64,000 nucleotides of DNA from Eledone cirrhosa (taxonomy: Eukaryota), in contig OZ024747.1 of the NCBI GenBank assembly GCA_964016885.1, positions 42,904,001-42,968,000 of the forward strand, in the 5' to 3' direction. Below are positions 25,241-39,300 of the stretch, piece by piece. How positions within the stretch are numbered: the first letter of the stretch is position 1; the number at the start of each line of letters is the position of its first letter. The notes below the pieces were generated by a model. It was not told where the DNA came from. It saw nothing but the letters and a program-made list of their open reading frames with translations, and did no database searches. A program made the position numbers and the translations under genes.

Positions 25241-28200
25241 TCTGTGATAGTTAGTAGTGGTTCTAAATCTGGTATAGGGAGTACTAATTCTAAATCTGTG
25301 ATAGGTAGTAGTGGTTCTAAATCTGAGATGGGGAGTACTGGTTCTAAATCTGGAATAGGCAGTAGTGGCTCTAAATCTGGGTTTGGGAGTACTAACTATA
25401 AATCTGGGATAGGGAGTACTGGTTCTAAATCTGGAATAGGTAGTAGTGGTTCTAAATCTGGGATAGGGAATAGTGGTTCTAAATATGGGATAGGGAATAG
25501 TGGTTCTAAATCTGGGATATGGAGTACTGGTTCTAAATCTGGGATAGGGAATAGTGGTTCTAAATCTGGGATAGGGAGTAGTGGTTCTAAATCTGGGATA
25601 TGGAGTACTGGTTCTAAATCTGGGAGAGGGAATAGTGGCTCCAAATCTGGGATAGGGAATAGTGGTTCTAAATCTGGGATAGGTGGTAGTGGTTCTAAAT
25701 CTGGGATAGGGATTACTGGTTCTAAATCTGGGATTGGGAATAGTGGTCTCTAAATCTGGGATAGGGAATAGTGGTCTCTAAATCTGGGATAGGGTATAGT
25801 GGTTCTAAATCTGGGATAGGGAGTACTGTTTCTAAATCTGGGATAGGGAATAGTGGTCTCTAAATCTGGGATAGGGAATAGTGGTTCTAAATCTGGGATA
25901 GGGAGTACTGGTTCTAAATTTGGGACAGGGAGTAGTGGTTCTAAATCTGGGATAGGGAATAGTGGTTCTAAATCTGGTATAAGGAGAAATGGTTCTAAAT
26001 CTGGGATAGGGAGTAGTGGTTCTAAATCTGGGATAGGGAATAGTGGTTCTAAATCTGTGATAGCTAGTAGTGGTTCTAAATCTGGGATAGGGAATAGTGG
26101 TTTCTAAATCTGGGATAGGAAATAGTGGTTCTAAATCTGAGGTAGGGAATAGTGGTTCTAAATCTGAGATAGGTAGTAGTGGTTCTAAATCTGGGATAGT
26201 CAATAGTGGTTCTAAATCTGGGATAGGGAGTAGTGGTGGTTCTATATCTGGGATAGGGGGTAGTAGGTCTAAATCTGGAATAGGGAATATTGGTTCTAAA
26301 TCTGGGATAGGGAATAGTGATTCTAAATCTGCGATAGGTAGTAGTGGTTCTAAATCTGGGATATGGGGTAGTGGTTCTAAATCTGGGCTAGGCAATAGTG
26401 GTTCTAAATCTGGGATAGGGAGTACTGGTTCTAAATATGGGATAGGTAGTAGTGGTTATAACTTTGGGATAGGGAGTAGTGTTTCTAAATCTGGGATACG
26501 GAATAGTGGTTCTAAATCTGGGATAGGGAATATCTGTTCTAAATCTGGGATAGGGAGTAGTGGTTCTAAATCTGTGATAGGGAATAGTAGTTCTAAATCT
26601 GGGATAGGGAGTAGTGGTTCTAAATCTGGGATAGGGAGAACTGGTTCTAAATCTGGGGTAGTTAGTAATGGTTCTAAATCTGGGGTAGGGAGTAGTGGTT
26701 TTAAATCTGGGGTAGGGAGTAGTGGTTCTAAATCTGGAATAGGGAGTAGTGGTTCTAAATCTGGGATAGGGAATACTGGTTCTAAATATGGGATAGGGAG
26801 TAGTGGTTCTAAATCTGGGATAGGGAGTAGTGGTTCTAAATCTGGGATAGGCAATATTGGTTCTAAATTTGGGATAGGTAGTATTGGTTCTAAATCTGGG
26901 ATACGGAGTACGCATTCTAAATCTGGGATAGGGAATAGTGGTTCTAAATCTGGGATAGGGAATAGTGATTCTAAATCTGGGATAGGTAGTAGTGGTTCTA
27001 AATCTGGGATAGTGAGTAGTGGTTCTAAATCTGGGATAGGGAGAACTGGTTCTAAATCTGGGGTTATTAGTAATGGTTCTAAATCTGGGATAGGGAGTAG
27101 TGGTTTTAAATCTGGGATAGATAGTAGTGGTTCTATATCTGGCATAGGGAGTAGTGGTTCTAAATCTGGGATAGGGATTAGTAGTTCTAAATCTCGGATA
27201 TGTAGTAGTGGTTCTAAATCTGGGATAGGGAGTATTGGTTCTAAATCTGGGATAGAGAGTACTGGTGGTTCTAAATCTGGGATAGGGTGTACGCATTCTA
27301 AATCTGTGATAGGGAATAGTGGTTCTAAATCTGGGATAGGGAATAGTTATTCTAAATCTGGGATAGGTAGTAGTGGTTCTAAATCTGGGATAGGGAGTAC
27401 TGGTTCTAAATCTGGAGTAGGGAGTAGTGGTGGTTCTATATCTGCGATAGGGGGTAGTGGGTCTAAATCTGGAATAGGGAGTATTGGTTCTAAATCTGGG
27501 ATAGGTAGTAGTGGTCCGAAATCTGTGATAGGTAGTAGTGGTTCTAAATCTGGAATAGGGAGTATTGGTTCTAAATCTGGGATAGGGAGTAGTGGTTCTT
27601 AATCTGGGATAGGTAGTAGTGGTTCTAAATCTGGGAGTAGTGGTTCTAAATCTGGGATAGGCAATAGTGGTTCTAAATCTGTGATAGGTAGTCGTGGTTC
27701 TAAATCTGTGATAGGTAGTAGTGGTTCTAAATCTGGGATAGGTAGTAGTGGTTCTAAATCTGGGATAGAGAGTAGTGGTTCTAAATCTGAGATAGGAAGT
27801 ACTGGTTCTATATCTGGGATAGGTAGTAGTGGTTCTAAAGCTGGGATAGGGAGTAGTTGTTCTAAATCTGGGATAGAGAGTACTGTTTCTAAATCAGGGA
27901 TAGGGAGTACTGGTTCTAAATCAGGGATAGGGAATAGTGGTTATAAATCTGGGATAGGTAGTAGTGGTTCTAAATCTGGGGTAGGGAATACTGGTTCTAA
28001 ATCTGGGGGAGTGAGAACTGGTTCTAAATCTGCAGTAGAGAGTAGATATTCTAAATCTGGGATAGGGTGACTGGTTCTAAATCTGGGATAGGGTGACTGG
28101 TTCTAAATCTGAGATAAGGAGTAGTGGTTCTAAAGCTGAGATAGTTAGTAGTGGTTCTAAATCTGGGATAGGGAGTACTGGTTCTAAATCAGGGACAGGG

Positions 28201-31200
28201 AATAGTGGTTCTAAATCTGGGATAGGTAGTAGTGGTTCTAAATCTGGGATAGGGAGTACTGGTTCTAAATCAGGGATAGGGAATAGTGTTTCTAAATCTG
28301 GGATAGTTAGTAGTGGTTCTAAATGTGGGATAGAATGACTGGTTCTAAATCTGGGATAGGGTGAATGGTTCTAAATCTGGGATAGGGAGTACTGGTTCTA
28401 AATCTGGGATAGGGAGTAGTGGTTTTAAATCTTGCATACGGAGTAGTGGTTCTAATTCTGGGCTAGAGAGTACTGGTTCTAAATTTGGGATAGGGAATAG
28501 TGGTTCTAAATCTGGGTTAGGGAATAGTGGTTCTAAATCTGGGATAGGGAGTAGTGGTTCTAAATTTGTGATAGGGAGTAGTGGTTCTAAATCTGGGATA
28601 GGGAGTAGTGGTACTAAATCTGGGATAGGGAATAGTGGTTCTAAATCTGGGATAGGGTGACATATTCTAAATCAGGGATAGGGAGTACTGGTTCTAAATC
28701 TGGGATAGGGAATAGTAGTTCTAAATCTGGGATTAGGGAATATCTGTTCCAAATCTGGAATAGGGAGTAGTTGTTCTAAATCTGGCATAGGGAATAGTAG
28801 TTCTAAATCTGGGATAGGAAGTAGTGGCTCTAAATCTGGGATAGGGAATAGTGGTCCTAAATCTGGGATCGGGAGTACTGGTTCTAAATCTGGGGAGTGA
28901 GAACTGGTTCTAAATCTGGGGTAGAGATTAGAGATTCTAAATTTAGGATAGGGTGACTGGTTCTAAATCTGGGATAAGGAATAGTGGTTCTAAAGCTGGG
29001 GTAGGGAGTAGTGGTTCTAAATCTGGTATAGGGAATAGTGGTTCTAAATCTGGGATAGGGAATAGTGGTTCTTAATCTGGGATAGGGAATAGTGGTTGTA
29101 AATCTGGGATAGGGAATAGTGGTTCTAAATCTGGGAGAGGGAATAGTGGTTCTGAATCTGGGATAGGGAATAGTGGTTGTAAATCTGGGATAGGGAATAG
29201 TGGTTGTAAATCTGGGATAGGGAATAGAGGTTCTTAATCTGGGATAGGGAATAGTGGTTCTAAATCTGGGATAGGGAATAGTGGTTGTAAATCTGGGATA
29301 GGGAATAGTGGTTCTTAATCTGGGATAGGGAATAGTGGTTCTAAATCTGGGATAGGGAATAGTGGTTGTAAATCTGGGATAGGGAATAGTGGTTCTTAAT
29401 CTGGGATAGGGAATAGTGGTTCTAAATCTGGGAGAGGGAATAGTGGTTCTGAATCTGGGATAGGGAATAGTGGTTCTAAATCTGGGATAGGGAATAGTGG
29501 TTTTAAATCTGGGATAGGGAATAGTGGTTCTAAATCTGTGATAGTTAGTAGTGGTTCTAAATCTGGTATAGGGAGTACTAATTCTAAATCTGTGATAGGT
29601 AGTAGTGGTTCTAAATCTGAGATGGGGAGTACTGGTTCTAAATCTGGAATAGGCAGTAGTGGCTCTAAATCTGGGTTTGGGAGTACTAACTATAAATCTG
29701 GGATAGGGAGTACTGGTTCTAAATCTGGAATAGGTAGTAGTGGTTCTAAATCTGGGATAGGGAATAGTGGTTCTAAATATGGGATAGGGAATAGTGGTTC
29801 TAAATCTGGGATATGGAGTACTGGTTCTAAATCTGGGATAGGGAATAGTGGTTCTAAATCTGGGATAGGGAGTAGTGGTTCTAAATCTGGGATATGGAGT
29901 ACTGGTTCTAAATCTGGGAGAGGGAATAGTGGCTCCAAATCTGGGATAGGGAATAGTGGTTCTAAATCTGGGATAGGTGGTAGTGGTTCTAAATCTGGGA
30001 TAGGGATTACTGGTTCTAAATCTGGGATTGGGAATAGTGGTCTCTAAATCTGGGATAGGGAATAGTGGTCTCTAAATCTGGGATAGGGTATAGTGGTTCT
30101 AAATCTGGGATAGGGAGTACTGTTTCTAAATCTGGGATAGGGAATAGTGGTCTCTAAATCTGGGATAGGGAATAGTGGTTCTAAATCTGGGATAGGGAGT
30201 ACTGGTTCTAAATTTGGGACAGGGAGTAGTGGTTCTAAATCTGGGATAGGGAATAGTGGTTCTAAATCTGGTATAAGGAGAAATGGTTCTAAATCTGGGA
30301 TAGGGAGTAGTGGTTCTAAATCTGGGATAGGGAATAGTGGTTCTAAATCTGTGATAGCTAGTAGTGGTTCTAAATCTGGGATAGGGAATAGTGGTTTCTA
30401 AATCTGGGATAGGAAGTAGTGGTTCTAAATCTGAGGTAGGGAATAGTGGTTCTAAATCTGAGATAGGTAGTAGTGGTTCTAAATCTGGGATAGTCAATAG
30501 TGGTTCTAAATCTGGGATAGGGAGTAGTGGTGGTTCTATATCTGGGATAGGGGGTAGTAGGTCTAAATCTGGAATAGGGAATATTGGTTCTAAATCTGGG
30601 ATAGGGAATAGTGATTCTAAATCTGCGATAGGTAGTAGTGGTTCTAAATCTGGGATATGGGGTAGTGGTTCTAAATCTGGGCTAGGCAATAGTGGTTCTA
30701 AATCTGGGATAGGGAGTACTGGTTCTAAATATGGGATAGGTAGTAGTGGTTATAACTTTGGGATAGGGAGTAGTGTTTCTAAATCTGGGATACGGAATAG
30801 TGGTTCTAAATCTGGGATAGGGAATATCTGTTCTAAATCTGGGATAGGGAGTAGTGGTTCTAAATCTGTGATAGGGAATAGTAGTTCTAAATCTGGGATA
30901 GGGAGTAGTGGTTCTAAATCTGGGATAGGGAGAACTGGTTCTAAATCTGGGGTAGTTAGTAATGGTTCTAAATCTGGGGTAGGGAGTAGTGGTTTTAAAT
31001 CTGGGGTAGGGAGTAGTGGTTCTAAATCTGGAATAGGGAGTAGTGGTTCTAAATCTGGGATAGGGAATACTGGTTCTAAATATGGGATAGGGAGTAGTGG
31101 TTCTAAATCTGGGATAGGGAGTAGTGGTTCTAAATCTGGGATAGGCAATATTGGTTCTAAATTTGGGATAGGTAGTATTAGTTCTAAATCTGGGATACGG

Positions 31201-33350
31201 AGTACGCATTCTAAATCTGGGATAGGGAATAGTGGTTCTAAATCTGGGATAGGGAATAGTGATTCTAAATCTGGGATAGGTAGTAGTGGTTCTAAATCTG
31301 GGATAGTGAGTAGTGGTTCTAAATCTGGGATAGGGAGAACTGGTTCTAAATCTGGGGTTATTAGTAATGGTTCTAAATCTGGGATAGGGAGTAGTGGTTT
31401 TAAATCTGGGATAGATAGTAGTGGTTCTATATCTGGCATAGGGAGTAGTGGTTCTAAATCTGGGATAGGGATTAGTAGTTCTAAATCTCGGATATGTAGT
31501 AGTGGTTCTAAATCTGGGATAGGGAGTATTGGTTCTAAATCTGGGATAGAGAGTACTGGTGGTTCTAAATCTGGGATAGGGTGTACGCATTCTAAATCTG
31601 TGATAGGGAATAGTGGTTCTAAATCTGGGATAGGGAATAGTTATTCTAAATCTGGGATAGGTAGTAGTGGTTCTAAATCTGGGATAGGGAGTACTGGTTC
31701 TAAATCTGGAGTAGGGAGTAGTGGTGGTTCTATATCTGCGATAGGGGGTAGTGGGTCTAAATCTGGAATAGGGAGTATTGGTTCTAAATCTGGGATAGGT
31801 AGTAGTGGTCCGAAATCTGTGATAGGTAGTAGTGGTTCTAAATCTGGAATAGGGAGTATTGGTTCTAAATCTGGGATAGGGAGTAGTGGTTCTTAATCTG
31901 GGATAGGTAGTAGTGGTTCTAAATCTGGGAGTAGTGGTTCTAAATCTGGGATAGGCAATAGTGGTTCTAAATCTGTGATAGGTAGTCGTGGTTCTAAATC
32001 TGTTATAGGTAGTAGTGGTTCTAAATCTGGGATAGGTAGTAGTGGTTCTAAATCTGGGATAGAGAGTAGTGGTTCTAAATCTGAGATAGGAAGTACTGGT
32101 TCTATATCTGGGATAGGTAGTAGTGGTTCTAAAGCTGGGATAGGGAGTAGTTGTTCTAAATCTGGGATAGAGAGTACTGTTTCTAAATCAGGGATAGGGA
32201 GTACTGGTTCTAAATCAGGGATAGGGAATAGTGGTTATAAATCTGGGATAGGTAGTAGTGGTTCTAAATCTGGGGTAGGGAATACTGGTTCTAAATCTGG
32301 GGGAGTGAGAACTGGTTCTAAATCTGCAGTAGAGAGTAGATATTCTAAATCTGGGATAGGGTGACTGGTTCTAAATCTGGGATAGGGTGACTGGTTCTAA
32401 ATCTGAGATAAGGAGTAGTGGTTCTAAAGCTGAGATAGTTAGTAGTGGTTCTAAATCTGGGATAGGGAGTACTGGTTCTAAATCAGGGACAGGGAATAGT
32501 GGTTCTAAATCTGGGATAGGTAGTAGTGGTTCTAAATCTGGGATAGGGAGTACTGGTTCTAAATCAGGGATAGGGAATAGTGTTTCTAAATCTGGGATAG
32601 TTAGTAGTGGTTCTAAATGTGGGATAGGATGACTGGTTCTAAATCTGGGATAGGGTGAATGGTTCTAAATCTGGGATAGGGAGTACTGGTTCTAAATCTG
32701 GGATAGGGAGTAGTGGTTTTAAATCTTGCATACGGAGTAGTGGTTCTAATTCTGGTCTAGAGAGTACTGGTTCTAAATTTGGGATAGGGAATAGTGGTTC
32801 TAAATCTGGGTTAGGGAATAGTGGTTCTAAATCTGGGATAGGGAGTAGTGGTTCTAAATTTGTGATAGGGAGTAGTGGTTCTAAATCTGGGATAGGGAGT
32901 AGTGGTACTAAATCTGGGATAGGGAATAGTGGTTCTAAATCTGGGATAGGGTGACATATTCTAAATCAGGGATAGGGAGTACTGGTTCTAAATCTGGGAT
33001 AGGGAATAGTAGTTCTAAATCTGGGATTAGGGAATATCTGTTCCAAATCTGGAATAGGGAGTAGTTGTTCTAAATCTGGCATAGGGAATAGTAGTTCTAA
33101 ATCTGGGATAGGAAGTAGTGGCTCTAAATCTGGGATAGGGAATAGTGGTCCTAAATCTGGGATCGGGAGTACTGGTTCTAAATCTGGGGAGTGAGAACTG
33201 GTTCTAAATCTGGGGTAGAGATTAGAGATTCTAAATTTAGGATAGGGTGACTGGTTCTAAATCTGGGATAAGGAATAGTGGTTCTAAAGCTGGGGTAGGG
33301 AGTAGTGGTTCTAAATCTGGTATAGGGAATAGTGGTTCTAAATCTGGGAT
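24735..33350 (+). repeat. 4,294-bp near-identical tandem duplication within the array
   Basis: ORF pairs 25244/29538, 26097/30391, 27681/31975 and 28361/32655 are all offset by exactly 4294, with only a few substitutions. Confidence 0.95.
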
Positions 33351-36300
33351 GGGGTGACTGGTTCTAAATCTGGGATAGGGTGACTGTTTCTAAATCTGGG
33401 ATAGGTAGTAGTGGTTCTAAATCAGGGATTGGGAGTACTGGTTCTAAATCAGGGATAGGGAATAGTGGTTCTAAATCTGGGATAGGGAGTACTGGTTCTA
33501 AATCTGGGAGAGGTAGTAGTGGTTCTAATCTGGGATGCGGAATATCTGTTCTAAATGTGGGATAGGGTGACTGGTTCTAAATCTGGGATAGGGAGTAGTG
33601 GTTCTAAATCTGAGACAGGGAGTACTGGTTCTAAATCTGGGAGAGGTAGTAGTGGTTCTAATCTGGGATGCGGAATATCTGTTCTAAATGTGGGATAGGG
33701 AGAGGTGGTTCTAAATCTGGGATAGGAAATAGTAGTTCTAAATCTGGGATAGGGAGTAGTGGTTCTAAATCTGGGATAGAGAATAGTGCTTCTAAATCTG
33801 ATATAGGTAGAAGTGGTTCTAAATCTGGAATAGGTAGTAGTGGTTCTAATTCTGGGATAGGGTGACTGGTTCTAAATCTGGGATAGGGTGACAGGTTCTA
33901 AATCTGGGAGAGGGAGTAGTGGTTATAAATCTGGGATAGGGAGTACTGGTTCTAAATCTGGGGTTGGGAGTACTGGTTCTAAATCTGGGGGAGTGAGAAC
34001 TGGTTCTAAATGTGGGGTAGAGAGTAGAGATTCTAAATCTGGGATAGGGGACTGGGTCTAAATCTGGGATAGGGTGACTGGTTCTAAATCTGGGATTGGG
34101 AGTAGTGGTCCTAAATCTGGGATAGGTAATAGTGGTTCTAAATCTGTGATAGGGAGTACTGGTTCTAAATCTGGGATAGGGAATAGTGGTTCTAAATCTG
34201 GGATAGGGAATAGTGCTTCTAAATCTGGGATAGGTAGTACTGGTTCTAAATCTGGGATTGGGAATTGTTGTTCTAAATCTGGGATAGGGTGACTGGTTCT
34301 AAATCTGGGATAGGGAGTACTGGTTCTAAATCTGGGATAGGGAGTAGTGGTTCTAAATCTTGCATAGGGAGTAGTGGTTCTAAATCTGGGATAGGGAGTA
34401 CTGGTTATAAATCTGGGATAGGGAATAGTGGTTTTAAATCTGGGATAGGGAATAGTGGTTCTAAATCTGGGATAGGGAATAGTGGTTCTAAATCTGGGAT
34501 AGGGAATATCTGTTCTAAATCTGGGATAGGGAGTAGTGGTTCTAAATCTGGGATAGGGAATAGTAGTTCTAAATTTGTGGTTGGGAGTACTGGTTCTAAT
34601 TCTGGGATAGAGAGTTGTGGTTCTAAATCTGGGATATGGAGTAGTGGTACTAAATCTGGGATATGGAGTAGTGGTTCTAAATCTGTGATAGTGAATAGTG
34701 GTTCTAAATCTGGGATGGGAGTAGTGGTTCTAAATCTGCTACAGGTAGTTGTGGTTCAAAATCTGGGATAGGGAGTACTGGTTCTAAATCTGGGGTTGGG
34801 AGTACTGGTTCTAAATCTGGGGGAGTGAGAACTGGTTCTAAATGTGGGGTAGAGAGTAGAGATTCTAAATCTGGGATAGGGGACTGGGTCTAAATCTGGG
34901 ATAGGGTGACTGGTTCTAAATCTGAGATAAGGAGTAGTGGTTCTAAAGCTGAGATAGGGAGTAGTGGTTCTAAATCTGGGATAGGGAGTAATGATTCTAA
35001 ATCAGGGATAGGGAATAGTGGTTCTAAATCTGGGATAGGGGGTTCTGGTTCTAAATCAGGGATAGGGAATAGTGGTTCTAAATCTGGGATAGGTAGTAGT
35101 GGTTCTAAATCTGGGATAGGGAATAGTGGTTCTAAATCTGGGATTGGTAGTAGTGGTTCTAAATCTGGGATAGGGAGTACTGGTTCTAAATCTAGGATAG
35201 GGACTACTGGTTCTAAATCTTGGATAGAGAGTAATGGTTCTAAATCTGGGATAGGGTAACTGGTTTTAAATCAGGGATAGGGTGACTGGTCCTAATCTGA
35301 GATAATGAGTAGTGGTTCTAAAGCTGGGATAGGGAGTAGTGGTTCTAAATCTGGGATAGGGAATAGTGGTTCTAAATCTGGGATAGGGTGACTGGTTCTA
35401 AATCTGGGATAGGGAGTACTGGTTCTAAATCAGGGATAGGGAATAGTGGTTATAAATCTGGGATAGGTAGTAGTGGTTCTAAATCTGGGGTAGGGAATAC
35501 TGGTTCTAAATCTGGGGGAGTGAGAACTGGTTCTAAATCTGCAGTAGAGAGTAGATATTCTAAATCTGGGATAGGGTGACTGGTTCTAAATCTGGGATAG
35601 GGTGACTGGTTCTAAATCTGAGATAAGGAGTAGTGGTTCTAAAGCTGAGATAGTTAGTAGTGGTTCTAAATCTGGGATAGGGAGTACTGGTTCTAAATCA
35701 GGGATAGGGAATAGTGGTTCTAAATCTGGGATAGGTAGTACTGGTTCTAAATCAGGGATAGGGAATAGTGGTTCTAAATCAGGGATAGTGAATAGTGGTT
35801 CTAAATCTGGGATAGGTAGTAGTGATTCTAAATCTGGGATAGAGAATAGTGCTTCTAAATCTGGGATAGGTAGTAGTGGTTCTAAATCTGGGATAGGGAG
35901 TACTGGTTCTAAATCTAGGATAGGCACTACTGGTTCTAAATCTGGGATAGAGAGTAGTGGTTCTAAATCTGGGATAGGGTGACTGGTTTTAAATCTGGGA
36001 TAGGGTGACTGGTTCTAAATCTGAGATAAGGAGTAGTGGTTCTAAAGCTGGGATAGGGAGTAGTGGTTCTAAATCTGGGATAGGGAATAGTGGTTCTAAA
36101 TCTGGGATAGGGTGACTGGTTCTAAATCTGGGATAGGGAGTAGTGGTTCTAAATCTGGGATAGGGAGTAGTGGTTCTAAATCTTGCATAGGGAGTAGTGG
36201 TTCTAAATCTGGGATAGGGAGTAGTGATTCTAAATCTGGGATAGAGAGTACTGGTTCTAAATCTGGGATAGGGAGTAGTGGTCCTAAATCTGGGATAGGG

Positions 36301-39300
36301 AATAGTGGTTCTAAATCTGGGATAGGGAGTACTGGTTCTAAATCTGGGGGTGTGAGAACTGGTTCTAAATCTGGGGTAGAGAGTAGAGATTCTAAATCTG
36401 GGATAGGGTGACTGGTTCTAAATCTGGGATAGGGTGACTGGTTCTAAATCTGAGATAATGAGTAGTGGTTCTAAATCTGGGATAGGGTGACTGGTTCTAA
36501 ATCTGGGATAGGGAGTACTGGTTCTAAATCAGGGATAGGGAATAGTGGTTATAAATCTTGGATAGGTAGTAGTGGTTCTAAATCTGGGATAGGGGATAGT
36601 GGTTCTAAATCAGGGATAGGTAGTAGTAGTTCTAAATCTGGGATAGAGAATAGTGCTTCTAAATCTGGGATAGGTAGTAGTGGTTCTAAATCTGGGAGAG
36701 GTAGTTGTAGTTCTAAATCTGGGGTAGGGAATACTGGTTCTAAATCTGGGGGAGTGAGAACTGGTTCTAAATCTGCAGTAGAGAGTAGATATTCTAAATC
36801 TGGGATAGGGTGACTGGTTCTAAATCTGGGATAGGGTGACTGGTTCTAAATCTGAGATAAGGAGTAGTTGTTCTAAAGCTGAGATAGTTAGTAGTGGTTC
36901 TAAATCTGGGATAGGGATTACTGGTTCTAAATCAGGGATAGGGAATAGTGGTTCTAAATCTGGGATAGGTAGTAGTGGTTCTAAATCTGGGATAGGGAGT
37001 TCTGGTTCTAAATCAGGGATAGGGAATAGTGGTTCTAAATCTGGGATAGGTAGTAGTGGTTCTAAATCTGGGATAGGGAATAGTAGTTCTAAATCTGGGA
37101 TAGGGAATATCTGTTCTAAATCTGGGATAGGGAACAGTGGTTCTAAATGTGGGGTAGAGATTCTAAATCTGGGATAGGGGACTGGGACTAAATCTGGGAT
37201 AGGGTGACAGGTTCTAAATCTGAGATAAGGAGTAGTGGTTCTAAAGCTGAGATAGGGAGTAGTGGTTCTAAATCTGGGATAGGGAGTACTGGTTCTAAAT
37301 CAGGGATAGGGAATAGTGGTTCTAAATCTGGGATAGGTAGTAGTGGTTCTAAATCTGGGATAGGGTGTTCTGGTTCTAAATCAGGGATAGGGAATAGTGG
37401 TTCTAAATCTGGGATAGGTAGTAGTGGTTGTAAATCTGCGATAGGGAATAGTGGTTCTAAATCAGGGATAGGTAGTAGTGATTCTAAATCTGGGATAGAG
37501 AATAGTGCTTCTAAATCTGGGATAGGTAGTAGTGGTTCTAAATCTGGGATAGGGAGTACTGGTTCTAAATCTAGGATAGAGAGTAGTGGTTCTAAATCTG
37601 GAATAGGGAGTAGTGGTCCTAAATCTGGGATAGGGAATAATGGTTCTAAATCTGGGGTAGGGAATACTGGTTCTAAATCTGGGGGTGTGAGAACTGGTTC
37701 TAAATCTGGGGTAGAGAGTAGAGATTCTAAATCTGGGATAGGGTGACTGGTTCTAAATCTGGGATAGGGTGACTGGTTCTAAATCTGAGATAAGGAGTAG
37801 TGGTTCTAAAGCTGGGATAGGGAGTAGTGGTTCTAAATCTGGGATAGGGAATAGTGGTTCTAAATCTGGGATAGGGTGACTGGTTCTAAATCTGGGATAG
37901 GAAGTACTGGTTCTAAATCAGGTATAGTGAATAATGGTTCTAAATCTTGGATAGGGAGTACTAGTTCTAAATCTGGGATAGGGAATAGTGGTTCTAAATC
38001 TGGGATAGGTAGTAGTGGTTCTAAATCTGGGATAGGGAATAGTGGTTCTAAATCAGGGATAGGTAGTAGTGGTTCTAAATCTGGGATAGGGAATAGTGGT
38101 TCTAAATCAGGGATAGGTAGTAGTGGTTCTAAATTTGGGATAGAGAATAGTGGTTCTAAATCAGGGATAGGTAGTAGTGGTTCTAAATCTGGGATAGGGA
38201 ATAGTGGTTCTAAATCAGGGATAGGTAGTAGTGGTTCTAAATTTGGGATAGAGAATAGTGCTTCTAAATCTGGGATAGGTAGTAGTGGTTCTAAATCTGG
38301 GATAGAGAGTAGTGGTTCTAAATGTGGGATAGGGTGACTGGTTCTAAAGCTGAGATAGTTAGTAGTGGTTCTAAATCTGGGATAGGGAGTACTGGTTCCA
38401 AATTAGGGATAGGGAATAGTGGTTCTAAATCTGGGATAGGTAGTAGTGGTTCTAAATCTGGGATAGGGAATAGTGGTTCTAAATCAGGGATAGGTAGTAG
38501 TGGTTCTAAATTTGGGATAGAGAATAGTGCTTCTAAATCTGGTATAGATAGTAGTGGTTCTAAATGTGGGATAGGGTGACTGGTTCTAAATCTGGGATAG
38601 GGAGTAGCGGTTCTAAATCTGAGACAGGGAGTACTGGTTCTAAATCTGGGAAAGGTAGTAGTGGTTCTAATCTGGGATAGGGAGTAGTGGTTCTAAATCT
38701 GGGATAGGGAGTAGTGATTCTTAATCTTGCATAGGGAGTAGTGGTTCTAAATCTGGGATAGTGAGTAGTGATTCTAAATCTGGGTTAGAGAGTACTGGTT
38801 CTAAATCTGGGATAGGGAATAGTGGTTCTAAATCTAGGATAGGGAGTAGTGTTTCTAAATCTGGGTTAGGGAATAGTGGTTCTAACTCTGGGATAGAGAA
38901 TAGTGGTTCTAAAGCTGGGAAAAGGAGTAGTGGTTCTAAATCTGGGATTGGGAATATCTGTTCTAAATCTGGGATAGGGAATAGTAGTTCTAAATCTGGG
39001 ATAGGGAATAGTGGTTCTAAAGCTGGGAATGGGTGTAGTGGTTCTAAATCTGGGATTGGGAATATCTGTTCTAAATCTGGGATAGGGAATAGTAGTTCTA
39101 AATCTGGGATAGGGAATAGTGGTTCTAAATCTGGGATAGGTAGTTGTGGTTCTAAATCTGGGATAGGGAGTAGTCGTTCCAAATCTGGCGTAGGGTGTAC
39201 GGATTCTAAATCTGGTATAGGTAGTACTGGTTCTAAATCTGGGATAGGTAGTTGTGGTTCTAAATCTGGGATAGGGAGTACTGCTTCTAAATCTGGGATA

